From positions 62,001 through 126,000 of the forward strand of contig NIVC01002677.1 in NCBI GenBank assembly GCA_002269645.1: 64,000 nucleotides of DNA. Direction: 5' to 3'. The position numbers were made by a program, and so were the translations under genes. The DNA comes from Macrostomum lignano (Eukaryota). The notes under the pieces were generated by a model that did not search any database, was not told where the DNA came from, and saw only the letters and a list, made by a program, of their open reading frames with translations. Of the stretch, positions 11,801 to 24,277 are shown in pieces; the first letter of the stretch is position 1, and every line of letters starts with the position of its first letter.

Positions 11801-14407
11801 AAAATAAAATACGCTGTCAGGGAGGCCGGATTTTTTGCTTTTACAGATTGAGAATTTGTCCAGAAAAAGTTTCTTAGAGACAAAGAAAGAGCATTTCGGA
11901 AAAAAAAGCTAGATAAGCTTGTAAGTGCATCTCGGACAAAACACCTACTTGCTTCATTTATTCGATTCAGAAGTTCGGAAGCTGAGATATAGCCAATTTA
12001 GTGATACGAGCGTAAAAATATAAAGCAAGATTGAGGCTAACCGAAGTCATCAATAAGGTGACTTCTGTCAAAGTCACATTCTACTCAAGGCCCGACTCTT
12101 GCCTATCCGATCCCACTCCATCCGTTCACTGGATTGCCTACTCAATGACAAGAGGTTCATAGTGTCTACTCAAGCTCAAGCAAGCCCACTTCTTACTCCT
12201 GCTTTTCCTCATGCTAGCCGCGAGAGGATTTCAGCAGCAGCTGTCAAGACAATTGCTGAGAAAAATGAATGAAGTCAGAGATGCCTCACTGACTAGCCGT
12301 GAACGAGCGCTTTGTTTCGGCGAGGTCTTCAGTTTAACAAGCGCAGCAGGATGTGCCTTGTGCATGAAAGATGAAGTATTTCTACGCTTTTACGAACAAA
12401 TGCATTGAGAAGCGACAGGTGCTGTGTTTGCGAGGTCGACAGACGTACAGGCATTCAACATATAGTACCGGTATGGGATACAGCAGGGACGCTAAAACTT
12501 CACGGTTCTTCAAAATTCGTGTGTTAAAATTTTCAGAAAAGTACACGTCCATAAGCCACATAAGCCAAGACTTACTTAGGCCGATTAAATGCTTATCTTT
12601 TTCATATGCATGAAACGAATTAGCGTATGTAATTACCTGATTTTATGCTCAGTTGAATTTGTAATCGTACAAATTATTCCAAAATATTTCATTATTTCAT
12701 CATTTTCCTTTTGTGTTCTCTCTTTTGGTCTAAATCCGCTTCAAAAGAAGTCGCGATAAAACTTCACGGGAGCTTGACGAGGGCTTACAGGGGGAATTGC
12801 TGAGATTCCAAGGCTTATAGGGGACTGCTGAGATGTCAAGACTGTCAAGACAGGTCAGAAGCTACATGCTTACCAAACTTAAAAATTTCCCTTTGATTTT
12901 TTTCCCTGAAAAGAGATTACTTATCGATGATTGCAGCGTTAGTAGAGAAAAAAATGGTGGAGGCTGAAACCGTCAGGCGACCGATAACTTTGGAAGAGCT
13001 GTTGGATCTATTCGATGAGCTCTTCAGCCCGTGTGTCAGCAAAGTTTTCAAATGCAGTCTGAGCCAGTTGACCCGACCGCTAGAACGTGCAATTTCAAAA
13101 CGCAAAAAATGGATCAAAACAGTATTGTCCTGGGATGCAATCACTCACGAATGCGAGAGCGGCTGCTATGAGAACCGTCTCTTACGTGGTCCACTTTCGA
13201 CCCCTCGGGGCAAAGGAAGGCGACTCCCAACTGAGAGCAAATGGACCACACCTCCGTTACCAGGGAATCTTCCCCAAGCATCCACAGTTCGTCCGCCTCA
13301 AGGACCACTAGGAACACTTCGTTATATAAGGACGTAACACTCTCGATTCGTGTAAAAATAGTTGAAGGCCGATTTTCGTTCTGGTATACATTAGTGAGAT
13401 AGATGAATTGGATGATTTTCAACATATATGTGCTGTTTGCAGAAGCCTAAGGGCTATTACTTTCCAAAATTTTGCAGTATGTAACCAGAAGCTCTTAGCT
13501 AAATTATATTTTTGTTGTATAGTCCTATTACGAGCTATTAGGTTATTTACCGTTTTGTACATTACTTATGACTAGGCTATATAGGCCTATGCTATGACTA
13601 AGGACATGTTTATCGACTGGGAACCTTGTAATAAATAATTTATAGGCCTAGACCTATCTGATTTCTGGCTAGTCATAACCCTAACTGCCTTAACTAACTA
13701 ACTTCATTAGTTCAGAAGTGTTCCTAGTGCTCCTTGATTAAACTACATGTACATGTACATTTAGCTCGTGGTCGACTCACGCCTGTCGACTGTCAGTCTC
13801 TCGGTGCTTAATGTACACTGCTTTTATCGATTCCTCAGCGCCCCTCGCTTGGCTGAAACAGAATGTACATCGTCTTAATACTTTTACAAACACAAAATTT
13901 TAGTGGCAATTGTTCATAACAAATTTCCCGATGCTTGCATTGTTATACTGATTCTCATGGTTCTGAAACTATGACTGTTTTGAATCTGAACTCAAGCGTC
14001 TCGTAAGATTCTGCAGCACATGCTAATGTAATCATAACTTAATCATAACAATAGCTAGTTCATTGAAATAGAAAATATCTATTGAAAAGGGAATGCTTCA
14101 GGATGACTAATGCATTATTAGCAAAAAAATCACAGAAAATCCGTTAAAGAAGCAAAATACTCATATTTAGATACCAAACGACTCACACATATTCTTTTCG
14201 GTGCATATTTTGTTTAAAGTGTCCCCGCCTCAGCAACTTGATGCGTGCGATTTTAATTTTAAGGAAAACTGGAGTTTTTCCAAGGTAATTTATCAACGCT
14301 ATCCTTGCGAATGCGATAAAATATTTTTGGATAGCGCAAACCGTAGCAAAGGCGATACCCAAATTTTATCATTTTTCAGTCACAACTTACTTGCAAAAGT
14401 TTTCGTA

Positions 14408-17400
14408 ATGAAAATTTACACTTGGGAGTCTCTCAAAGAGTTTCAACAGAGGGACTGTAAGCAAAAATTAATTGTTATTGAGGGAAAAGTGTATGATGTA
14501 ACTAAATTTATGCACAAGCACCCAGGTGGAGCAAAACTTTTAGGAGCCTATGCCGGAGAAGATGCAACTGTAAGTTTATCTAATAAAAAATGTCAATACC
14601 ATGTTCAATAAACTATAGTCTAAGTCTAGCTATTTGCATGTACTCTGTACTGTAAGCTGTAGGCCTAATCTGTTATCATTTATGCAGTGGCCTCAGCTGG
14701 CCTAAGCCTATTTTAGCTATATCTTTTTGCTTTGTTTCTAAGATTTTTGGACTTATTATATTGATTTTGAAGAGGCTTAACATAGCTTGTAATCCATCAA
14801 TTTTTTTCTAGATATACACCTTTATAGGGCTAGTCTACATTTAAATTACATTCAAGTGTGACTTAATTTGTCTAAAAATTTAAATAGGGGGCCTAATATC
14901 TAAAATTAACTCACTCAAAGAGCGTTGTAGCTCAGCTTTATTTATATCTGACATGCTTAGCCTATACATCCTTGTTTAAGAAAGTTTTTTTATTATTTCT
15001 ATAGAATAGAGATCTTTTATATCTATATTATTAGATCTTATGTATAATTGTTTAGGTTCTAAATTCTAACAATAGTACTCATAATTTTTAAGACAAAAAA
15101 GTAATAAAAAAAATTTTATATGTCTATAATTATGTTAAATTATTAGACCAAGGATGAGGTGTAAAAAGTAGGAATTAAAACTCTTTGGGCCTTCCCACTG
15201 TAGAAATAATCTAGGTAACAATAAAATTAAGAGACTTACTTCTAATAATCTTGTAATTAGCCTTTTAGCTATCTTTAAAACCTTTTAAAATTCCTGTGGT
15301 GCTGTTACTTTAGTTGAACTAATATAAGGTTTTATTTTTTAGTATAATACTTCTTGACTAAACTAAGCAATTTATTTCAACCTTTCTTTGAATGTTCATA
15401 AAGCAGAATTATTTACATTAAATAATTGCCATTATAATTTTCTTTTTCATCATAGGATGCATGGGTTGCTCTGCACAATGACAAAGAGCTTGTGGAGAAG
15501 TACATGAAGCCATTGCAATGTGGAATTGTTGAAGATTATGAGAAACATGTGGTAAGCTATTCAATTCCATTTTCTAAATGTAACTCTTACTTTAATCTTA
15601 ATTGCATATGTGAAAATTGAAAACAATGTTTAATTTAATAATCAAATGCTGACCTTTGAGATCAGACTCGAACTCAATATTAAACTGTTTATCCTACTAC
15701 TAATTAGTGCTTGTCAGTAGGCAGTATTGAACATCTATGCATCTAATTTATCAATGTCGGTATTTCAGTCGCCCAGCCAGGCGGATTTCCGACGCCTACG
15801 CCAGCTGGCCGAGTCGTCCGGCTGGTTCCGCGCCCGGCCGCTGTTCTTCATCAAGTACCTGCTCCAGTGCTGGGCATTCGAGTTGGCCGCTGTGCTGCTG
15901 CTATGGCAGTTCGGCCTGCACATCTGGACTGTACTGCCAGCGGCCCTGCTGCTGTGCACCGCCCAGGCTCAGGCCGGCTGGGCTCAGCACGACTACGGCC
16001 ATCTGAGCGTCTTCAACAGCCGCCGGCTGAATCATATTGGCCACGAGCTCGTTGTCGGGCACATGAAGGGAGCCAGCTCGCACTGGTGGAATTTTCGGTA
16101 CAGTTTTTGTTATTGGTTTAAATGCGCTGTTTTTCTACTATCAGTAGTGTTAATCAGGTTTTTGTCTACCAAAAGAGGATAAAAGTAAACTAAAACAGTT
16201 ATATCCTTACTTTCAGTAGCAGTATAAGAATAAAGTGATAAAAATGGTTTTATTTTACTCTTACTAGCAGTTAACAAATAATTAATTTCGGTCTTCAGAC
16301 ACTTTCTGCACCACTCCAAGCCGAATGTAGTTGGCGCCGACCCGGACATCAATGTGCCGTATCTGTTCTTGCTTGGCGACAAGATGCCGCAGGAATGGGG
16401 CAAGCGCAGACGCGGTTTCATGCCCTACAACTGGCAGCACGATTACTTCTGGCTGCTTGGGCCGCCAATGCTGCTGCCGCTGTACTTTCACTACGAGAAT
16501 ATCTACTTCATCTTCAAGCGAGGCGACTGGCGCGATTTTGTCTGGACGCTGTCGTTCTTTTTGAAATTTTTCTACGTTTTTAATCATTTCTTTCCGTCCT
16601 GGCTTGCCACGTTTGGATTCTACATGCTTGTGCGGTGAGTGCTTATTGCGGTTTATGGCAGTTGTGAGGCTTTAAATGGGCCACCATAAACGTAAAGGGC
16701 TGACATTAAAAGATTGTCTTTAAAGGAAGTCGAACAATAAAGGCACCGAAGTGAGTCAAATAGACATCAGGGGCGCCAAATGGAGATTAGGGGCGCCAAA
16801 GAGACTTCAGGGGCGCTAAATGGACACCATAGGCGCCAAATAGACTTCAGTGGTGCCAAACAGACATCAGTGGCGCCAAACAGACATCAGTGGCGCCAAA
16901 CAGACATCAGTGGCGCCAAATGGAGATTAGGGGCGCCAAAGAGACTTCAGAGGCGCCAAATGGACATCAGTGGCGCTAAATAGACATCAGTGGCGCTAAA
17001 TAGACTTCAGTGGCACCAAACAGACATCAGTGGCGCTAAATAGACTTCAGTGGCGCCAAATAGACATCAGGGGCACCAAACAGACATCAGTGGCGCTAAA
17101 TAGACATCAGTGGCGCCAAATAGACTTCAGTGGCGCCAAACAGACATCAGTGGCGCCAAACAGACATCAGGGGCACAAAACAGACGTCAGTGGCGCTAAA
17201 TAGACATCAGTGGCACCAAACAGACATCAGTGGCGCCAAATAGACATCAGTGGCGCCAAATGGACATCAGGGCGCAAACAGACGTCAGTGGCGCTAAATA
17301 GACATCAGTGGCGCCAAACAGACATCAGTGGCACAAAACAGACGTCAGTGGCGCTAAATAGACATCAGTGGCACCAAACAGACATCAGTGGCGCCAAATA

Positions 17401-18631
17401 GACATCAGTGGCGCCAAATGGACATCAGTGGCGCAAACAGACATCAGTGGCGCCAAACAGACATCAGTGGCACAAAACAGACGTCAGTGGCGCTAAATAG
17501 ACATCGGGGGCAACAAACAGATATCAGTGGCGCCAAACAGACATCAGTGGCGCAACCAGACGTCAGTGACGCTAAATGGAGATTAGGGGCACCAAAAGAG
17601 ACACCAGGGGCGCCAAATGGACATCACTTTGCTTTATCTATAGGTTACTGTAATTATAATTATACTGTACTAATAGATATCCTGTAATTATGAAACGGAC
17701 TCCTGCAGTTACCTGGAGTCGCACTGGTTCGTGGCCTGCACCCAGATGAGCCACATTCCCATGGACATCGACCGCGACCAACGGCGCGAGTGGCTGCCGA
17801 TGCAGCTGAAGGCCACCATGAATGCCGAAGGCGGCTCATTTAACGACTGGTTCACCGGCCATCTCAACTACCAGATTGAGCACCAGTGAGTTGCTGCAAC
17901 CGGGTTCTTACATCTAGTTTCTCCACTTAACGTTGTCTTGTTAGTGCGCGTTGGTCCGGGTTACTTATTGAAGCCTCCCAGATGCTCGGGCTTGACCGCC
18001 CGCCACCTCCACAGATCCTCAGTTGCTGAGCCAGCCTCCCAGATCCTCAGTTGCTTGGGCAGCCTCCCAGATCCTCAGTTGCTGGGGCAGCCTCCCAGAT
18101 CCTCAGCTGCTAGGGCAGCCTCCCAGATCCTCAGTTGCTGGGCCAGCCTCCCAGATCCTCAGCTGCTGAGCCAGCCTCCCAGATCCTCAGCTGCTGGGGC
18201 AGCCTCCCAGATCCTCAGCTGCTGGGGCAGCCTCCCAGATCCTCAGCTGCTGGGCCAGCCTCCCAGATCCTCAGCTGCTGGGCCAGCCTCCCAGATCCTC
18301 AGCTGCTGGGCCAGCCTCCCAGAATGTCAGTTGCTGAGCCAGCCTCCCAGATCATAACTCACAGGGTCAATATTGTTTCATATTTTGGCTCAGACATTCA
18401 ACAGTATAGTTGTGCTCACTTTCGACCCCCCTCCCCACCGCGCCGAGCAGCCTGTTCCCCACCATGCCGCGCCACTCCTACCCGCTGGTGCAGCCGCACG
18501 TGAAGCAGCTGTGCGCCAGGCACGGCATCCCCTATGTGGAGAAGCCGCTGTCGACCGCCCTAGCGGACATCATCAGGTCGTTGAAGAAGTCCGGCGAGCT
18601 CTGGCTTGAAGCCTACCAAATGCCCGGCTGA
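14408..18631 (+). CDS. FADS2: Front-end (delta-5/delta-6 type) fatty acid desaturase with N-terminal cytochrome b5 domain; exons 14408-14569, 15456-15551, 15769-16097, 16299-16634, 17709-17885, 18451-18631 (~426 aa)
   Basis: HPGG heme motif in exon 1, His boxes HDYGH, HFLHH and QIEHH, and C-terminal LFPTMPRH. All introns are GT-AG with consistent phases, and the exon sum is divisible by 3. Delta-5 versus delta-6 specificity cannot be read from sequence, so the symbol is family-level. Confidence 0.95.
16758..17626. repeat. 20-bp minisatellite (CAGACATCAGTGGCGCCAAA) in FADS intron 4
   Basis: About 40 units visible. Confidence 0.95.
17970..18355. repeat. 27-bp minisatellite (GGGCAGCCTCCCAGATCCTCAGCTGCT) in FADS intron 5
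   Basis: Directly visible. Confidence 0.95.
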
Positions 18632-19616
18632 GGTTCGCCTGTTGAATATTTTTGCATTCTTTCTCTTAACTTAAACTAACTGATATTTCGAGCGTAGCTA
18701 CTAAAAGTCTTATAACGCTATACTACTGCCAAGCAAAGCTAAAATAGATTTTTATAAATCTGTCGCGACTTGTCTACTCTCTCAATTTGCTCTGTTTTCT
18801 TATTCTTAGTTGAGTTTTGTTACTATCGGAAATATTTGCTCTTTTAAGCTCAAAACTTTTATACTTTGTGTCATTTTCCTGTGTAATAATTTTAGTGAAG
18901 TATTTGCACAGCTGCTCTACTGCAAGTAGCAATATAGGCAAATATTTACCCAGTGCGAATTTCTAAGACTAAGACACAGCAATACTCTGTTTTCAGATTT
19001 CACTTTTAACGCAGGAGTTTAATATGGACCAACCAATGCATACAACTCTTTTTGCAATGATTCAAATTGCAACCTAACCCATGTCTATTGTTTTTTAATG
19101 AGACACTAAGCACATGCCTCTTAGCACAGCTTCAATCTTTTCTTATCGTTGCTTATAAGAATGTTACCGAATTCAGGTCTCGATTCGATTTATTAATTTG
19201 TTTAATTGGTACGGTCAGGTCGAATGAATTGGGTTATTGTAATCAATGATTAGCATAACTATAATATCAAACAAAATTGGTGAATAACACGAGAAACATT
19301 TTTGCATAGAGTTTTTGGGAGAATACATGTACATGTACAATAACCATAATAACTGATAAGAATAATTTACTATACAATTAGCAAACTGGCTTCAGGTGAA
19401 AACTAAATTCGTAAAAGTAAAGTTCGGCTTGGTAAATAAAGCGATAGCAATTAGAATAAACAAATTAATGGAAACTTCTTTTTTAGACAAAAATACCGCT
19501 AATAATTGCATTATTGACATTCTTATTAGGTAGTTCAAATAACTTAATAAATTTTTAAGCATAAGCCCAGGTGTGATACTATTTATAGGTCTCAATTCTA
19601 TAACCAGTAAACTTCG

Positions 19617-19896
19617 CTCATTGGCTAGCGGCTTTGCCCCACCCCACGCCAGCAATAAAACCAGCTAAAAGGCCGTCCTCACCCAACGCACTCATTGGCT
19701 AGCGGCTTTGCCCCACCCCACGCCAGCAATAAAACCAGCTAAAAGGCCGTCCTCACCCAACGCACTCATTGGCTAGCGGCTTTGCCCCACCCCACGCCAG
19801 CAATAAAATCAGCTAAAAGGCCATCCTCACCCAACGCACTCATTGGCTAGCGGCTTTGCCCCACCCCACGCTAGCAATAAAACCAGCTAAAAGGCT
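19617..19896. repeat. 74-bp tandem repeat, ~3.8 copies
   Basis: CTCATTGGCT recurs at 19617, 19691, 19765 and 19839. Confidence 0.95.
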
Positions 19897-20066
19897 CGTC
19901 TTCTCAACCAATACGAGTAAGTTTATATCTTTCTACATTCATTATACACACTTGGTTCAGAAGTATCGCCCGCCGTTGCCCCACTGCACTTTTCCCGCGA
20001 GAGATCTGCCCGCCGAGCAAATGCCCGTTTCCCCGTTTTTAACGATCCGGTACAATGCTCAGTGCT

Positions 20067-20143
20067 CAGTGGCGGTGGCGGATCCAGATTTTTTCAAGGA
20101 AGGTCAGTCAGCCGACCCCCTTGACCCCTTGGATCCACCAGTG
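20067..20143. mobile_element. Miniature hAT-like remnant
   Basis: Imperfect terminal inverted repeats CAGTGGCGG(TGGCGG)ATCCAG ... TTGGATCCACCAGTG. Confidence 0.35.
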
Positions 20144-20318
20144 CTTGTGCTCCTAAATTCAATTCATTTTTCAATACAAAGGCACATTGGTTTGGTTTCA
20201 AGGACCAGTAGTCTTTGAGCTTTGGGTTTCGGGCTTTTGGGAGTTTGGCCTTTTTAATACAATACCCAGGTCCCCAAGATCCAAACCGAAGCCCCCTTTA
20301 TGCCAAGATCTTTACTAC

Positions 20319-23300
20319 TCAGACTCGCTCTTCGGCAGACTTGCCACCCAGCTCAAAGTCGTCGTCGCCGCCGCCCTGGTGGCCAAGCAGCGGCATGCTC
20401 TCGCGGCGCGGATTGCGCACCGTAGTGGCCAGAACGCTCGCCCTCATGGCCGCCACCTCCATCGAGGTCAGCGAGTCTGACGATGGCGACACGGCCAGAG
20501 CGGCGGCAGCGGCGGCGGCAGCACCAGACCCCCCAACGCTGCCGCTCTTGTCCAGCAAGTCACTGCCAGAAGCCGACTTCTTCGGCGCAGCAGCTGAAGC
20601 AGCCGCAGCCGTAGCAGCTGCCTTGGCTGTAGACTTTTTCTTGCCGACATTGCGCAGCTGCAGGAAGTCGAGGGTATTCACGATCTCCTTGCCGGTGCCC
20701 TGCAGCCGGCGCAGCAGGTGCTTGTGCAGGTGGGCTTCGACCTCCTCAGCCGACGTGAAATTGTCGTGCGCGTGCACCTGGCTGAAGTCGAAGGCTCTCA
20801 GCAGCAGAGACACCTGCTGTTCAACTGGCTCGCCATTGTCTGTGAGGCCCGGCGGGAACAGGCTGTCCTCGGCGCCGCCCAGCTTCACCGACGCCTTCAG
20901 GTTGGAGTTGAGAATGTCAGACAGGGGCAGGTCGGCCCGGTCCTTGCCCAGCGGGTTCAGCAGCATGATGCCGATCTTGAACCAGCCTGCCGGAGTGGGC
21001 GGTGACTGGGTCGGTGAGTAACTCCTCAATTGGTTTATTTGTTTCCAGTACCATTCTTTTTAACCGCTAGAGTTGCAGCATCCGAATTTTCGAAATCCCC
21101 ATATTTAAACGCACTGAATTTCTACAATTCATACTCTTATCTCGATCTCTTTTCTCCCTAGAACAGGGATCGCCAAACCCTGGCCCGCAGGCCGCATGTG
21201 CCCTGCAAAGCCTCTCTATCCTCTCTAATCTCTATCTCAATCCTATAAAAGGGCCTGTCAACTTAAGCTCACAAAGTGGAGCCCGAGTAACCTATGTACA
21301 CAAATGATACGTCATTCTGCTGACAGTGACACCAGGAAGCTGGGTTTGGCAAAAAATTAGACTTGGGATGATAGGGAATAACAAGCAAGGGCATAATTAT
21401 CGACTCTACTTTATAAGCTTAAGTTGGCAGGCCTTTACAAAAGTAATCCGGACTGCTTAATGTTTTTCTTTTCTCAGCTCTCTTTTTTTCTCTCTCCCCT
21501 CTTCTCAACTCTCTTCTCTCTTCTCACCCTCTTCTTTCCCCTCATCTGACCCGTAGCCATGAGCTAGATTATTTATCTGACCCCTGAAGTAACCAAGTTT
21601 GCTGACCCTTCTCTAGATCCTAAACACTTAATCCCTGATTGAACTTGTTGACCCGTATTGTACCACTTTTTCAAACTGTTTCAAAAAGACGCAAGCTATT
21701 GCTTTGAAAAAACCTCACCCAGGTAGAAAATGAACTCAAGCGAGCCGAGAATGGGAAAGTACGCCAGCAGCTCAACGCCCAGCACGGTGTCAATCACTGA
21801 AGACTGGGTCTCGTTGATGGACTCGGCAGCTGGGGCCATCGTTACCTGACGCACCATCTCCGGTCGGATCAACTGGGTTGACAGCAGGGTGGAGAACAGG
21901 AACAGGTACACAGCGGCCACCGCAACCTGGGTGTACACCAGCGGCACATTGAACTCGGTGTAGGACCACACGGTTCCCAGGTCGCCTCTGAACTTGTTGA
22001 TCATCTCCACTAAGAACAGCAGCTCACGCTCCTCAGCGATTAGGCCTTCAAAAGTTTTTTTGCGTATTGGTTGGATTTAAGATTCTTAACTGACAAGCAA
22101 CCGTGTTGCCTTGAAGGTTGGCCCTCATAAGCGAATTCGAAACAAATATGTGCCCTTTACACATAAATTTCAGTAGACTTAGAGATTAGAATGAAATTGT
22201 TCTAAGCACATTTTGTTGCACTCGCAATGAACATTCATGTACCATAAATAGTACTTGAACGAGTAGTCTTGCAGGTATATATTTTCATTCATTGTGCCTC
22301 CATATAAATGCCTGTAAGTACTTTAGGCAAAATGTGTTTGCTTAGAGAAAATTCAGTATGAGTACGAGTATGTTGAGTCTTAAGAGAAATATATTACTTT
22401 ATGCTACCCCTCTTTTATCTCTGTATCCTCCAGACACTCCGGTTGAATATTATAAATTGTGTAAATAAATTCTAATAACCTTATCAGCTATCAGTAATTG
22501 AGCGCTTCGTTTTTATGGCTTAAATGATTTATTATGATAATTGGGAGCGTTTTATTGCCCCAACAAGGATAAGAACTCAAATAAACTCCGAACTCCAGCA
22601 ACCCCTAAACTCCAACGAACCTTCGAAATACAACAAACCCCTTAAAATCCAACAACCCCCAAACTCCAACAACCCCTAAACTCAAACAACCCCTAAACTC
22701 AAACAACCCCTAAACTCAAACAACCCCTAAACTCCAAAAGCCCCCAAAATCCAACAAACCCCAAACTCCAACACCCCCCTAAACTCCAAAAACCCCCAAA
22801 ATCCAACAAACCCCCCAAATTCAACAAACCCCCAAAATCCAACAACCCCTAAACTCAAACAATCCCCAATACCCAAAATCCAATAACCCCAAAACTCCAA
22901 CAACCCCCAAAATCCAACGAACCCTAAACTCTAAAAAAGTCACAACAGAAACCCTGCAAAGCTCAAGATGACTGTTGAATAAAAGCATGCATTCCCAGAA
23001 ATAGGTTTCAACCATCCCCAGTCGCTCACCCAACATCCTAGACCGCTTAATGAGCCGGGTAGCCCAGGCGAGGGGCAGCCAGTACTCCGGACTGTAGGTG
23101 AGATCAGTGCTCTGCGACAGCTCGGCCGACCTGGCAAAAGTTTCAACTTCCTCAGCGGTCACCAATCGACCAAAATGTTTCTGCACCTTCTCGTCCAAAT
23201 TGATGAGGTCCAGCCTCTCGCGCCAGGTGAGCTCAAACTCGGGCTTCTTGCTATTCTTATTGCCGTCAGTGGAATCGTTGTCGGTCCCGGCTGTCGCAGC

Positions 23301-24277
23301 AGCTGTCGTGCCGGCGGAACGGTCCTGACTGCTCTTCTTGGCCTTGAGCGGCTGGTTAAAGCCAAACCGGTCCTTGATTTGCTGCGATATTGTGGCCATC
23401 ATCAGGATCCAGGATAGATTAGAATAGCGCAGTATTGTTATGCGAATTTTTCTTGCAATATCGCTTTTCACCGGATGGGTGCTCTCGACTAGGGCCTGAG
23501 TGTAGAACGACATGCTGCTGAGCCAGGGGATGGCCATGCACGTGCTCCACCAGCTGCGCGGTCATGTTGTAGCGGGGTGAAGTTGCTTTGTGAATTAAAT
23601 ACAGCTGGGTCGAACCAGGCAATGATAAGTGTATTAAACTTAAAGCACAATGGAAGCAGCTTGAGCACTGATAAACCAGTTGGAGTGTCAAAGAGGTAAT
23701 GGGCGCTGAGAAAGCAATGAGGAAGGCTGAGATGATTGATGAAGCAGTTGGAGCACCGAAAGGAAGCAGTGGAGGCTGGAGCACCAAAAGGAAACAGTGG
23801 AGCGCAGAGGAAGCAGTGGAGGCTCAGAGGAGCAAGAGTTTTAGTAAAAAAAGTTTGAAGAAAATCGGTTGAGCCGTTCGGGAGAAAATCAATTACAAGC
23901 AAGCAACCAAGCATTTCATTTTTAGTATATTGGATGATGCAATAGTTAAAAATAGAACTGCTTGGCTTATACCAGTAACTGCGTTTTCTTACTTACCGAC
24001 TAAACACGGTCGACACGAAGAAGCCCAGCATAAATGAGAGCGGCACAGAGGTGCGAATTTTGCTCAGCCAGCGCACTACAGCCTCGAATGTGATCATCCG
24101 ATGTTCGTGATTAGCCAAGGCCTGGTGATAAATCACAGCCAAAATGACGTAGGCCGTAACAAAGAAAATGTAGTCGACCCAGAGCATCTCCCATACGCTG
24201 CCAGTCCATCGGAATAGCAGCTTCAGGAAGAACAGTCGATCTTTCGTGTAGATCTTTGACGCGTAGCTGACAACCAT
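20319..24277 (-). CDS. BEST: Bestrophin family anion channel; exons 24277-23997, 23553-23030, 22045-21719, 20986-20319 (599 aa)
   Basis: Motifs MVVSY..KLLFRWTGS, VPLSFMLGFFVSTVFSRWW, YWLPLAW, VPLVYTQV and FYLGWFK..LLNPLG. Splice sites are GT-AG and the exon total is 1800 nt. Confidence 0.93.
22590..22935. repeat. C/A-rich degenerate minisatellite (AAACTCCAACAACCCCT) in bestrophin intron 2
   Basis: Directly visible. Confidence 0.88.

Noticed and set aside
11355-11883. Poly-N/T/L/V/C ORFs
   Set aside because: Artefacts of (AAC)n.
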